A stretch of 63,566 nucleotides of DNA, the filler included, from Octopus bimaculoides (taxonomy: Eukaryota), in NCBI RefSeq assembly GCF_001194135.2. It is 5 parts of 5 records of this genome, joined end to end, with 100 filler letters (N's around TTAATTAATTAA, not from the genome) between each part and the next. Parts side by side here need not be neighbours in the genome. Positions count along the whole stretch, not along the records: positions 1 to 21,817 come from NC_068986.1; 4 more parts are not named here. One strand, given 5' to 3'. The number at the start of each line of letters is the position of its first letter. The first letter of the stretch is position 1. Under the pieces are notes generated by a model. That model saw nothing but the letters and a program-made list of their open reading frames with translations, did not search any database and had not been told where the DNA came from. Shown piece by piece: positions 1 to 12,779 of the stretch. Position numbers and translations under genes: made by a program.

Positions 1-80
1 TCACAGTTAAGAGTACATAATACTCTATTCTGATCTTCAGCTGAAGATCAGAATAGAGTATTATGTACTCTTAACTGTGA
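1..80. repeat. Perfect 80-bp palindrome (40-bp arms, no loop)
   Basis: Bases 41-80 are the exact reverse complement of bases 1-40 (checked base by base). Confidence 0.97.
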
Positions 81-559
81 AACAATTGTACTAAATTAAC
101 TAAAGGCAAGTGTTTTTTACTCTTCTCTATTGTTTTTGTTCTGTGTGTATCAAAAATATCGCTATCAATCTGGAGTAATAATTTTGTAGTTTTGAAATCA
201 GTAGTTCTTTGACTGCTATTTCTGAATTCTCAGTATGTTGGAGAAGCAGGTTACTGTCAATCCCTATATATTTATGATTATAAATTATTTACCGAAGAAG
301 GTTTTTTTCATACTGAGCTACCCGGCAGAATTGTTAATTATTAATTTTATTACTAATTGATGATTCCCTGCCCTGCATATCTATATATATATATATATAT
401 ATCCATCTATATACGATGCAATTTACGAACATAGATATTAATACTGATGCTACGATGTGGGACTGATCTCCGAACCAAAATTGCTCGGAAGCAAACTTTT
501 TACCAAGTAACCACACCTGTGCCTATAGAAAATGTCCGGTTTTAGTTGTATCAAACAAG

Positions 560-790
560 CTGGCAGCTGACGACTTTTCACAGGCGCGATCCCACTAATG
601 TTCGACACGTGGTCTATTGCGTGGTGCGTTTCTACACTAGGCTGTATCGACACACATCCCTTAGGAAACCGCCCTGATGATTTCCTTTACATGCACCATA
701 TTGATGCCGAGCTCAGCGCGGAAACGTGATTGCTATAAAATACCGACTACCAAACACTCCCATCCTGAAATTGGCCCACCGACCGAACTT
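560..790 (+). promoter_or_regulatory. Possible promoter-like CpG-rich island with E-box and TATA box
   Basis: Locally CpG-rich unique sequence, with CACGTG at 606-611 and TATAAAA at 734-740. No transcript evidence is available. Confidence 0.25.
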
Positions 791-3243
791 CCGAGTAGCT
801 AGATTACAGTAGTATGCCATCATGATAACATGATGATACTTTATGCACCATTACTTAAATCTGTAATCCTAATTGTTGATAGTTTTTTTTTAGAAAGAAT
901 TAACAATCTGCCAGAAACAATTTAAATGGGTTCAAATTTCATTTGAAGCTGCATAGATACCATCGTCATAATCAATCTTGTATTCCTGCCTGAAGTTTCA
1001 GTACTATGAGTTTTCGAGGTTAATGCGGTTTAGTGTTAGAAAGCCATACTTTGCATGATATAAGCAAATATATGATTATTTGTTGAATGACTAGTAAGTT
1101 TGAAACACGTAAAATGATAATTTATGGTTTAAGAACATAATGTTTCTTCTAAAAAGTACAAGTAATAGATTTGTGAACGCGTTCTTTGAGTTCTTAAAAA
1201 GAATCATAAATATTTATACTCCCCAATCATATTTTTATATTGATTCTCGAAAGGTGTTGCAGGTATGTGCAAGTGTATATTCTCAATTTTGAAATATAGT
1301 GAATTTACTTGATAAGGACATAAAACAAGGAAATATAAATGAAGAAGCAAATCTTAGGATATATGAACATATTTGAGAATGAAAGAAACCATATATTCTT
1401 AAGAACTGACTTACAGAATTTCCATTTGGCTGTACATTAAGCATTGTACTACTTTATAATAGAGTATTCCAAAAGTTTACGCAGATTTTGAAAAATGTAT
1501 CTTCTAAATGATTACAGACTTAATGTCAATCAACTTGACCCACATAGAGTTAGATATTTGTGTCAAGCATGCACCGCATCACCATTTTTACAGAAAGAAC
1601 AACAGGAGTTCCAATTTGTTTTCAACCATAACTTTAACTTGAAATGTCTAACAGTCTGCAGTATGCAATGGTAATCGACAAAGTAAACATGTTCATATTT
1701 TTAAGGATCCTTTCACCCTAAAAGTATTTTTTCTATTCATTACTTCGGAATTGCAGAAACATTCCATAAGAAGATAAATATATTTTATACAGAATCAAAT
1801 GTACCGCACTATACAAATTTTGATATTTAAGATCGGAATATACGTCTTAAAGCAAAAGTAATATTTGCTTTTCATTTTGAAAACATAATTGAAAGTTCCA
1901 TAAACCACAAAGTGATAGATTCTATTTAGCTTTATAAATATTGCTTCCGATCAGGTGTTTGTTTTAATTAGAAAAACAGCCAAATCATTGAATACACAGT
2001 GTGTATTAATTTTGTAGACTCAATTTGATTAAGATAAAAGGAAATCAGATCAAACCAAATGGCTTGATTTATTAATTAATATCATAGTTATTGTTTTTTT
2101 TTCTATATTATACTATGTTTTGTCTGTAAAATTACAATGCGCAGTTTGATGTAAGGGAGTATTGTTATTTAGAATTATTTAAGATTTCATTGAAGATATA
2201 GTTCGAAAAATTAGAATTCATGACAAACTCAATTGTTATTTGTGAATGTAAATGTATAGAATGTGCATATCACATGTATTCTTCATAGCTGTATATTAAA
2301 AACGCTTGAAAGCATGGGAGTATTTGAATAAATATCAAGTATTTGTAACGACACTGCTTCCCCAATGAATCATACAGGTCACTATGTAAGAAAGAAATGT
2401 TCTAATAATTAATTAAAGATATATACATACCAGTTGTGTCTCGTTATATACAACCACGAATCACGTGTGCTCACGCTAACACACGCTTCTTTGTCCGTGT
2501 ATACATATATACATACATACATACATACATACATATANNNNNNNNNNNNNNNNNNNNNNNNNNNNNNNNNNNNNNNNNNNNNNNNNNNNNNNNNNNNNNN
2601 NNNNNNNNNNNNNNNNNNNNNNNNNNNNNNNNNNNNNNNNNNNNNNNNNNNNNNNNNNNNNNNNNNNNNNNNNNNNNNNNNNNNNNNNNNNNNNNNNNNN
2701 NNNNNNNNNNNNNNNNNNNNNNNNNNNNNNNNNNNNNNNNNNNNNNNNNNNNNNNNNNNNNNNNNNNNNNNNNNNNNNNNNNNNNNNNNNNNNNNNNNNN
2801 NNNNNNNNNNNNNNNNNNNNNNNNCAATGTTCTCTGCAAAATAGGGATAGTTTATCCTATTCAGGCTACATTATTAGCATTATTCTGCGATTGAGAATAT
2901 ATAAATCACTTCTTTAACTTTCTAAAAAGACATCTCAACGCTTCGTTTGTTTATTTACGTTTGTCGTAATTTGAATTTTTATATATATATATATACACAT
3001 GCGTTGGCAGAATTGTCAAACTCCCTCAAAAACAAAATGGGTCAAGAGTCGGGAGAAAGGTACCTACATGACTGAGGATGTGACACCCCACCAGCATGAC
3101 TAAATAAGCCGAGGGAGAATTATACGCAAAGGTGCAAAATAGGTGTGGTGCTCTAGCATGACCGCCACCGTTTGACTGAAACTAAGAAGAGCGTAAATGA
3201 ATAAAGTAAGCACACAAACACAAACACACACACACACTCACAA

Positions 3244-3334
<91 letters not shown>

Positions 3335-3884
3335 TGTGTGTAGGTATTAGTGTTTATCTAGAGGGAAGACGAACACGATTAAGATATTAAGATATTTTCC
3401 TATTTTACTTAACATGAAACTAACTGTAGACTTAATTCACAAATAAAGAAAATCTATCCACCAATGCAGTATTGAGCACTCATTTTCATCGTTCGACATT
3501 TACGCGTATATATATATCCGTATGTGTTTGTGTGTCCGTGTTTGCGTATTCATACATTGTGGTGGATGAGGTAACATTCTCAGTCTTATGCATATGTCGC
3601 TTCTCACTAACATCACAACGTTACCTTTCATATTATTAGATAGGACACGACATTGAGAGGCATCTTACTTCTCGATGATATAGTTGTATACTTATTATTC
3701 GTGGACAGCATTAGCCATGATGAAGCGAATCCATGTGTATGAAAATTTTTATTATTCTTATTCACCATACACATCTTCTTAAGAATGTATAATATTTAAG
3801 CGAGTTAAAGCTATCTGCTATATAAATTAGGTGAAAAGTTCCGACTTTTCCTACGTTATTATTTCTATTTACAGGATTAGTTAA

Positions 3885-4190
3885 GGCACGTGTCTCAGTG
3901 TTTTGGTGTATTCGCATCTCGATCGTCAGGTCCTGAATTCGTTTACCGGCGTCCTAGATGAAGACTCTTTATTTTCCGGTACTCCAGTCTAGTACCTCTA
4001 ATTCAAATGAGCGACTACGGCACAATCCGCATCACACCGAATCTCTATGAGAGCTATGTTCAGAGTACGCGTGTCTGTGGAGCACTCACCCACTTGCACG
4101 TTAATGTCACGACTAGGTCTTCCGTTTATCAAATCAACGTAAAGACTCGTCGTCGTCGTGATCGACGAAGGGACAGTTACGGGATTAACG
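3885..4190 (+). mobile_element. Older copy of the same SINE family as 58777-59158
   Basis: It shares cgtgtctgtggagcactca..cacttgcacgttaat.tcacga and has a degenerate tRNA-like head. Confidence 0.65.
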
Positions 4191-6188
4191 AAGAGAGATT
4201 ACCTGGAAACAAATGTTTTATTCTTATGGCTTGAATATATGTTTGATAATCACCAATGTATGATATTCTTCTTCAAATTGTAATGTCAAAAACCACTTTA
4301 CACATATATTTTTTTTCGTGCTTATGAGATTTTTGTGAACGTGTTTATGTTTCAATATTATTTATATCACGCAATACAACAGATTTAAATTGAAATGTGA
4401 TATATTCTGTCATACATATTTATACAAATCAAAATAGATGATAGCAAAATCCGGATATCTTTCTCGAAGATATAAAAAATGTTCACGGGAAAAATAAATT
4501 TCAGAAGGTTAAGAAGAAATAATTCGGAGAAATGGAATTTCTGATAGAAAAAAATCGATTACGCATAGTCGTGTAGGATGATTTTCGATTTCTGAAATTA
4601 AACAACAAATCAAATTATTCTTCTAAACAATGGACTATGGGATAGTGTTACTGCTAAAGACAGAGATAACAAACAATAGAAGCAATAATCATTACCGTCA
4701 TTGTATTGGTTTTTGTTGAATATATCGTCCATTACGTCAAAAGTTAACACTGCTGTAAAAATGTTGATAGTAAAATCGTGTTGAGCAGCACGATTTCCGC
4801 CAGCGTTTGAACCCGCAACTAAAGGTTTATACTTAAATGCTACATGAAATTTATTCCACCTGTGTACTTATTCATTCTGTCACGCCCAAAATATTCTTAA
4901 TAATGCTAGTAGCAATGTAATAACAATCTTGTTTCCAATAAAGTGTTTCTTAACACTTCATAGCAACGTACTCATTTATTAAAGGAATGGAAAAAAAAAA
5001 AGCATGTAACTTATAATGGAGTCGTGTATAATATTAAGAGGAAACGAATACATCAATCAATTTAGCCAACAAAAAACTGCTGATTACTAACGTTATACTA
5101 ATGTAATTTACTGTAGTGCTTTATTGAAAACGTAAGAAAGACGTTGGGGATGCATGCCTGAAAATGAGAAGAATTTAGAAACAACAGCATATATAACTAG
5201 ATGAATTGATAATAATTGAAGCAGGGAGTGATGAGACTTGTGAGAAGAAGGATGTTAACGGGGATATGATGAAAAAAAAATAGGAATAACATATAAAGAT
5301 ATATGGAATAATAAGAAAAATATGAAATGATGAAAACATCCTTTACAAAGAAGTCGACAAAATTGGCGATGCAGGATTAGAGAGGAGATGAATAAAAACG
5401 GCAAGTAAAACTGCAATAAAAAGTACACATTTGGGAATATTAGAAGCAGGAAGATTACAAAAATGACAGTAGAAACCAAATAAATGTAACTGACACATGT
5501 GTATAATCCTATTTTATGAAGATTAACAAACAAAAGCAATAATATACTAGAAAGAAGACATCGGGGAAGAAAATAGATCATAAACACGACTGAAAAGTGT
5601 TATTTACGATAACATTTATAATGGGAGACAAACAATATATTCTAGTATGAATCCAGAAGACCCAATATGCAGTTGACGAATTGATTGGCTAGACATAGCA
5701 GCCAAATCTCTAACTACTTTGCTTAGACACAGAGGGCATATGTACAATGCTTTCCTAAAATATCTTATAAGAGAGAAGACACAGCGATCGTAGTTTAGCT
5801 TTTATTTCATCATACCTTCTCTCCGACTAAAACGGCACACGCACCAATGCAGATATTTACTTTTGCAGATATTTATGTTACAGTGTATGAGAAATAGAAT
5901 ACATTTACTGTAGCTCGAAGCATCAATAGCAAAGCCATCAATAAATGCGATTAAATATCGTTGATCTTTGAATCGAAAACTCATCTAGTTATACTGCGTT
6001 AATTCTAAATGAAAAAAGTGACGAATTAAAGCGCCAAAGTTAAAGCGCCAAAGAGAACGCCTTGTAAATATTTGTTCAGGTATTTTTTAAAATTCAAATG
6101 CATCCGACTTAAACTTAGTTCTTCGTCCTTCTGCGGTTAACCAATATGAAACTATTCACTTGATAGTGCCGATTGCATTTTTCCCCCA

Positions 6189-6203
6189 ATAATAATAGTA
6201 ATG

Positions 6204-6268
<65 letters not shown>

Positions 6269-6288
6269 AAGAAGAAGAAGAAGAAGAA

Positions 6289-6320
<32 letters not shown>

Positions 6321-6370
6321 AGAAGAAGATGAAGAAGAAGAAGAAGAAGAAGAAGAAGAAGAAGAAGAAG
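6189..6370 (+). repeat. Compound microsatellite (AAT)n(AAG)n, representative of dozens of SSRs in the window
   Basis: Directly visible. Other SSRs include (TTC)n(TTA)n at 44158-44333, (ATT)n at 14753-14814, (TACA)n at about 27245-27315 and many (CA)n, (TA)n and (GA)n tracts. Confidence 0.97.
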
Positions 6371-7709
6371 AATTTGGAGCATGCGAACAGTATATGTTGG
6401 GCCTATGGTAATTGGTGCGTGGGGAACGGTAACCCAATATATAGACAAATGGCTGAAGGCGACTGAAATAGAATGCCCGGTAGAGCTCCTAGACAACGCT
6501 TGTTTCTCAGGCTTGATATAAGCACTTGAAAGACTGCCGAAAATGTCTGTATACCTAAGGATAAAGGTTTTAAACTACTACCTACATAAATTCTACCAGG
6601 AATAAGACCAAACCGAAGCCAAATGAAAAGTAATAATAAATACCCTGAAGCAGACAGTGGCTCTAATGGCTTCTCATCTTAACATATAGGAAGTTATATC
6701 ATGTGTGTGTATTATTTTGCTGTAAAAAATGGGCTACATACCCCAGATTTACCTGTCAGTTGCTTGCCCTTTTGCATGTCCCGAGCATGTCCCTTGGCGT
6801 CTAACAATATGTGCGTCTATGATCATGACCCCGCCCTGATTTTCATATAGGTGTATATACAAAAGCTTTAAAATATCAGTAATGTAAAGTCAAAATATAT
6901 CTAGTGCAGAAACAACATATGAACAAAAGTGTTAATGAGATGTTTAGAAGACGTAATAACATGACATTTTATTTGGCATCATTCACCTACTGTGCTATAA
7001 TCTGGTCTTCAAGCTGAAATCTGTTTCCTAAGAGTTACTCAATTATACAAAAGTGATTGCATAATAACATACAAAATAACAATGGAAGAAGAAATAAGCT
7101 CCGTACAGAAGAAGGAAAGATTGTATTATCGTACAGAACTACACATAAAATTATAAACACAATTATTACGACGCGAACACACGCGCAGAAATGTACGCCT
7201 AGACAAACTCTAAAACAGGCATGAACAAACACAGGCACGCACGTACACATATGCAAGAAAGAGGTCAAAAGAATAAGAGATTTTATCGCTATTGATAAGC
7301 AGTAAAGAAGGCATTAGGCAAATTATATCGAAAACGAACAGCGATATCAAGAGAAATACAAAAATACATCGACGCGCATACACGAAAATTTCCAGAGGCA
7401 TTTTCACTTATGTTTAAATACGTATAAAAATATATCAGCTCTCAGATGTTATGTGCGTATCTGACTTATGATTGTCTCAGTGTTATGCGTAAAATTGTCT
7501 CTCCGAGTGTATGTACAAAGATTTACAAGTTTGACGTTCCTACACTCACAAAAATGCATATAAACAAATATATATGTCGTTGAATTTATGTATCTGTATT
7601 TCTACATATTCATGTATATGTATGTTTGTGTGTTTATGTACCATTATATAACAATATTAACTATATATACATAAATACACACACTGACTTATATAACCAT
7701 ACACACATG

Positions 7710-7749
<40 letters not shown>

Positions 7750-8595
7750 AGCGTGTATGTACACGACTATACAAATATAAATAGTTATTCTCTTACATAT
7801 ATCTGTAAGTAATCCATCGGGTGCGTGTCATCTAGGAGAAATAGATTGAAAGTCACACACTAACCCCATACTAATGTGCATCTTCTCGTCGCTGTTGTGC
7901 ATATATAAACGAGGAAACGAATATGTAGGCTGGAAAGCAGTTTATTACGTTACTTCAATATATCATTTACATGGCTTTTGTTATGCCATAGGATTTATTT
8001 GCAAAAAGTAGCTGAATAAAGTTTCTCACAAAACACGCATAATCGTTTTCTATGCGGGTAAAATACGTACCATATATATAATTATACGTGTGCGTGTGTG
8101 CTCCTGTGTATGCATGTATGTGTATGTACATAGTTGTTTAAATCTCTGTCAAAGCACCGATAAGTAATATTTTACAAAACTCTATATGGAAATGTAAAGT
8201 AATATTTAATACATCATGGGTAATAGGAAGGATCATTATAACTGTAGTCTAAGTTTCTTATTTCACATCTTTTAACTGGTAATCCGAGTCTGTCTCCTAT
8301 TATTTCACTTGAGAATACATTTTGAAATTTAAAAGTCTGTGATATTCCTCGGAGCTCATTTTAATATTTGCGAATTATGGAGACCATAAATGTGTTCACC
8401 TCTTTTTACATGTAATTAAATCCCTTGAGTGCTAAAGATAAGTGATGGTTATTATGCTGGCACCAACTTTTGATGCAGAATCACGTATCCATGACTATCC
8501 TCGTACCTATAGAAAAATTAGTTCGTTTCTTTAATAGTTGACAGACGTGGAAGTTTAGCATTTCATGGTTTTGTCCATATTCTGATACTTATATA

Positions 8596-8802
8596 CAGGG
8601 TGTCCACAAAGACTGGGTACATGGGGATTAACAGATACTTTAAGAAATATTATTTCTTATATTTAATTGTTTGTTATAATTTTATTTACTCCATGTGCCC
8701 ACATGGGGATTAACACATACTTTAAAAAATTATTATTTGTTATACTTAATTGTTTGTTATAATTTTATTTACTCCACGTATCCAGACTTTGTCGACACCC
8801 TG
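8596..8802. mobile_element. Tc1/mariner-type MITE with internal 82-bp tandem duplication
   Basis: TA-CAGGGTGTCCACAAAGACTGGGTAC ... GTATCCAGACTTTGTCGACACCCTG-TA. Internal direct repeats start at 8619 and 8701. Confidence 0.88.
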
Positions 8803-8809
8803 TACTTCG

Positions 8810-8976
8810 GTCTCTCTCTCTCTCTCTCCCACTCCCTCTCTCTCTCCTACTCCCTCTTTCTTTCTCCCACTCCCTCTCTCTCTCCCACTCCCTCTCTCTC
8901 TCCCACTCCCTCTCTCTCTCCTACTCCCTCTTTCTCTCTCCCACTCCCTTTCTCTCTCTCCCACTCCCTCTCTCTC
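8810..8976 (+). repeat. CT-rich minisatellite (about 18-20-bp unit CTCCCACTCCCTCTCTCT)
   Basis: About eight imperfect copies are visible directly after the MITE. Confidence 0.8.
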
Positions 8977-9103
8977 AACTTAACTATCTATCTAATCTAT
9001 CTTTGTATCTATTTCGCATGGCTCACAATAAAGAGTTAGTATGTTCTATCCCCCGTCCGTGCTGTGTTTTGTGCTCTTGAGCGAGACGCTTTATTTCGCG
9101 TAG

Positions 9104-9331
9104 CTCCAGTTCACTGAGCTGCAGAAATGAATTGCGATGGCACTGGTTTCAAGCTGTATCAGGTTTTGCTCTTCCCTTGGATAACACGGGTTATATGGAG
9201 AGGGAAGGACGGTAATCATGGGTGGCTGCTGGTCTTCGATAAAGAATATTATCCGGACTTGTTCCTCGGAGGGCAAACTTCTTCGTGCAATCCCATGGTC
9301 AATCATGACCGAAGGGTGTCTCAGAGAGAAG
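9104..9331 (+). CDS. Candidate exon, possibly the first coding exon (MGGCWSSIKNIIRTCSSEGKLLRAIPWSIMTEGCLREK); gene assignment uncertain
   Basis: A non-repetitive, relatively GC-rich island bounded by ttatttcgcgtAG (9103) and AAG|GTAAAA (9332). The ATG at 9218 has a strong context (A at -3, G at +4). I recognise no homology. Confidence 0.35.
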
Positions 9332-9852
9332 GTAAAATGTGTAGATAAAATTGTTTCAGTACCACTCTTTTCTAACGCCATTGCATTTAAATGTTTCCAT
9401 ATTAGCAAATTTAGACAAAACGTGCAGTTGATTACACTGGAGTGGCTTTTCAAAAGGCGAGCACAAAGTCTTGCGGTCATACATATATCTTATGATTTTC
9501 TGTAGAGAAGAAACATGTAGAAGTATAAAATAAGAAAACTAACGAACAAAAATAGATACAGATAAGTAAAGAAGAAAATAAAGGAGTCAACGAATAGCAG
9601 CAGTAAAATAAAAACAATAAAAGTAAAATAACAATTTTAAAAAATACTTCACCTTAAAATAATAACACCAGCTCGAATAAGTGAGCTCTCTTAGTAGTAC
9701 AAGGGACAAGTGATGTGTTGCTATTATATGAGTATTTAGTGAAACTGTAAATCATTTGTAGTGACGAAATAATGCTAATAATAAAACTAACATCAACATG
9801 AACAGTAACAGAATATAAATTGTCAGTAATAATAACAATCACATTAATAATC

Positions 9853-10880
9853 CTATCTTCTGTGGACAGAATGCCTGAAATTTATATGGGGAGGGTGGGT
9901 CTGAGTGGTCTTGGGTGGGATGGAGTTAGTCTGGGGTACCACATCATGCACACTGTTCTTCCTTTTCTTCCACTTCTTCCTTTTACTCTCTGTCACTATA
10001 TACTCTTCCTCCTTATTCCTTCCGTTTGTCTGTTCTTCTTCCCTTTTCTCCTCCGTCTCCACAACCGCTTCTTCTGTCGTTTTCCTCTGCAGAGGACAGT
10101 GCGCTCTACTTTGGCCCTTATGGCCACATCTAAAACATCGTGGGATTCTTCCCTCCACCCACACTCTTAACACAATCTCTCCGAACGTCACCGTCTCCGC
10201 CAAACTTTCCAATTGCTTCTCCGCTGCTTGTATAATGATGTCCAGTGTTTTTCCTCTCCATCCTCCGTCCTCCGTTCTCGTAGCTTGGAGGACAGCCACC
10301 TCCTCCTCACTTCCAACGAGGACGGCTGCCGCAACACAAGCCACTTCTATATCGGGTGAGATTCCTTCTACCCTCACCTTAGAAGTCTTTCTTCCAAGGT
10401 ACGTGTTTAGAAGCACCACTTCCTCCGCTTTCACCGTTGCACTCGGCATCATCTCTGCCTTCTCCGCTGTCCCAAACTGACAACCACCGTCCCATATCTA
10501 TTTCCTTTTGCTATATATGTCACTTCCTTCGGAAGTCTTTTCAATGCCTTTTCTATTTTTCCCATCTCCATCTGTTCCACCTTCCTGCTCTCCACAGAGT
10601 ACACCTTGTAAGTAATGGTCTTCTTTTCCATATTTTCCTTAACCCATTTCGGGGGTAATAACTTCACGTCCCCGGCCACCTTCTGTGTCATTTTGTTCAG
10701 CTCCTTAAGTCCGGCTAGGTACACCTTCCTTTTCATCACCTCTGCAGCCTCAGCAAAACACTTTATTCATTCTAAATGCTCATCCATTCTATTTACGACC
10801 TTAACGAGCTCCTCCTCCGCTGAGGACAGCTCATACTCGCCAAGATCTGAATACATTTTTTCTACCGATATAACACCCAC
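9853..10880 (-). mobile_element. Degenerate gag-like ORF1 of a non-LTR retrotransposon
   Basis: Two overlapping ORFs (10449-10739 and 9853-10452) are joined by a frameshift, with an upstream in-frame stop. There is a knuckle C-FR-C-GHKG-Q-SRAH-C after a VRVWVEGRIPRC motif, and a basic KRKKWKKRK tail. Confidence 0.7.
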
Positions 10881-11954
10881 TTACAAATCGCTGCCAAGCT
10901 GCACAAAAACATTCCGACGGACTCGTCAAAAGTCAACCCAGCGAATAGACGGACACATGCGAAGTAAGGAAGCTACTTACCACACAGCCATTCCTGCGAC
11001 TATTAATATCTAGACGTTGAGCTAGCAGAATCGTTAGCACACTGGACCAAATGCTTAGTAGCATTTCGTCCGTTTGAGCTAATATTCCGCCGACGTAGTC
11101 TTTGGCATTCACCCCTTCCGGGATCGATGAGTGCCAGTGAACTACTGGGGGTGATGTAATCGACTACACTCCTCCACCAATATTTTAGGCCTTCTACTTT
11201 AAGCAGAAATNNNNNNNNNNNNNNNNNNNNNNNNNNNNNNNNNNNNNNNNNNNNNNNNNNNNNNNNNNNNNNNNNNNNNNNNNNNNNNNNNNNNNNNNNN
11301 NNNNNNNNNNNNNNNNNNNNNNNNNNNNNNNNNNNNNNNNNNNNNNNNNNNNNNNNNNNNNNNNNNNNNNNNNNNNNNNNNNNNNNNNNNNNNNNNNNNN
11401 NNNNNNNNNNNNNNNNNNNNNNNNNNNNNNNNNNNNNNNNNNNNNNNNNNNNNNNNNNNNNNNNNNNNNNNNNNNNNNNNNNNNNNNNNNNNNNNNNNNN
11501 NNNNNNNNNNNNNNNNNNNNNNNNNNNNNNNNNNNNNNNNNNNNNNNNNNNNNNNNNNNNNNNNNNNNNNNNNNNNNNNNNNNNNNNNNNNNNNNNNNNN
11601 NNNNNNNNNNNNNNNNNNNNNNNNNNNNNNNNNNNNNNNNNNNNNNNNNNNNNNNNNNNNNNNNNNNNNNNNNNNNNNNNNNNNNNNNNNNNNNNNNNNN
11701 NNNNNNNNNNNNNNNNNNNNNNNNNNNNNNNNNNNNNNNNNNNNNNNNNNNNNNNNNNNNNNNNNNNNNNNNNNNNNNNNNNNNNNNNNNNNNNNNNNNN
11801 NNNNNNNNNNNNNNNNNNNNNNNNNNNNNNNNNNNNNNNNNNNNNNNNNNNNNNNNNNNNNNNNNNNNNNNNNNNNNNNNNNNNNNNNNNNNNNNNNNNN
11901 NNNNNNNNNNNNNNNNNTATATATATATATATATCTATAAATATATACGACGGG

Positions 11955-12100
11955 CATCTTTCAGTTTACGTCTACCAAATCCACTCACAAGGATTTGGTC
12001 GGCCCGAGGCTATAGTAGAAGACACTTTCCCAAGGTGCCACGCATTTGGAACGAACGCGGAACCATGTGGTTGGTGAGCAAGCTATTTACCGCACAGCCA
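11955..12100 (-). mobile_element. SINE 5' module (same family as 25245)
   Basis: Reverse complement of gtggctgtgcggtaaatagcttgctcacc...ggcaccttgggaaagtgtcttctactatagcctcgggcc...gaaagatgcccgtcg. Confidence 0.85.
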
Positions 12101-12779
12101 CATTATTGCAACAAAAATGTACAAATAAATAAATAAATGAAAATTGAAATGAAAGAAATTACAATTAGTTAAAAAAGGCCAATGAGGAGCAGAAATAATG
12201 ATAATAGTAACAGCAGTATTCATGATGGTGGTGGTGGTGGTGGTGTGGTGGTGGTGGTTGTTAATGCGACGGTTGGAAAACAATAAAATAAATGCAAGTT
12301 AAAGAACGCTGTGACAGGAAGTAAAGTGGCGTGGTTGTTAGGGGAAGAAATTCTGGCTATAAAACTCATGGGTTAGTTGCGATATTGGTAAAGATAATGA
12401 CCTGTCATTCATATGGTTGGTGCACGAAATCAGATAAACGGGTGAAATTTGGATGCAGAAGGGAGAGAAATATTCGAACGTGCTCAAATTTTAGCAGTTA
12501 AACTTGATCTGAACTAAGAATTATGAAGGAGAAAAAGAAACGTCGATACACACAGATTTAACATAAGCTGTGGACCGAAAATATATAAATATAATCAAAA
12601 TCAAAATAAATTAGGAAAAACTTTAATCATAATTAAATTAAATATTAGTTGAGACCGTTGTGTCGAAAAGTATAGATTACGGTATATACCATTTGAATGT
12701 TGGAAGTTGGTCGATTTTAGAAACGATATTGCTACGAAATTGAAGTATCCTATGTTAGTACAAAACGAGAATATTTTCG

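Noticed and set aside
676-725. CTGATGA...GAAAC hammerhead-core-like motif (also at about 56784-56810)
   Set aside because: The required stems I-III cannot be formed.
1600-1850. Faint GIY-YIG/Penelope-like peptides here and at about 15960-16190 (QEFIIKLEPNIN*)
   Set aside because: They are too degenerate to support by eye and need a profile search.
6152-6496. Long low-complexity ORFs (poly-K, poly-L, poly-S, YVCM, HTHT) and X-filled ORFs throughout the track
   Set aside because: They are translations of microsatellites or N gaps.
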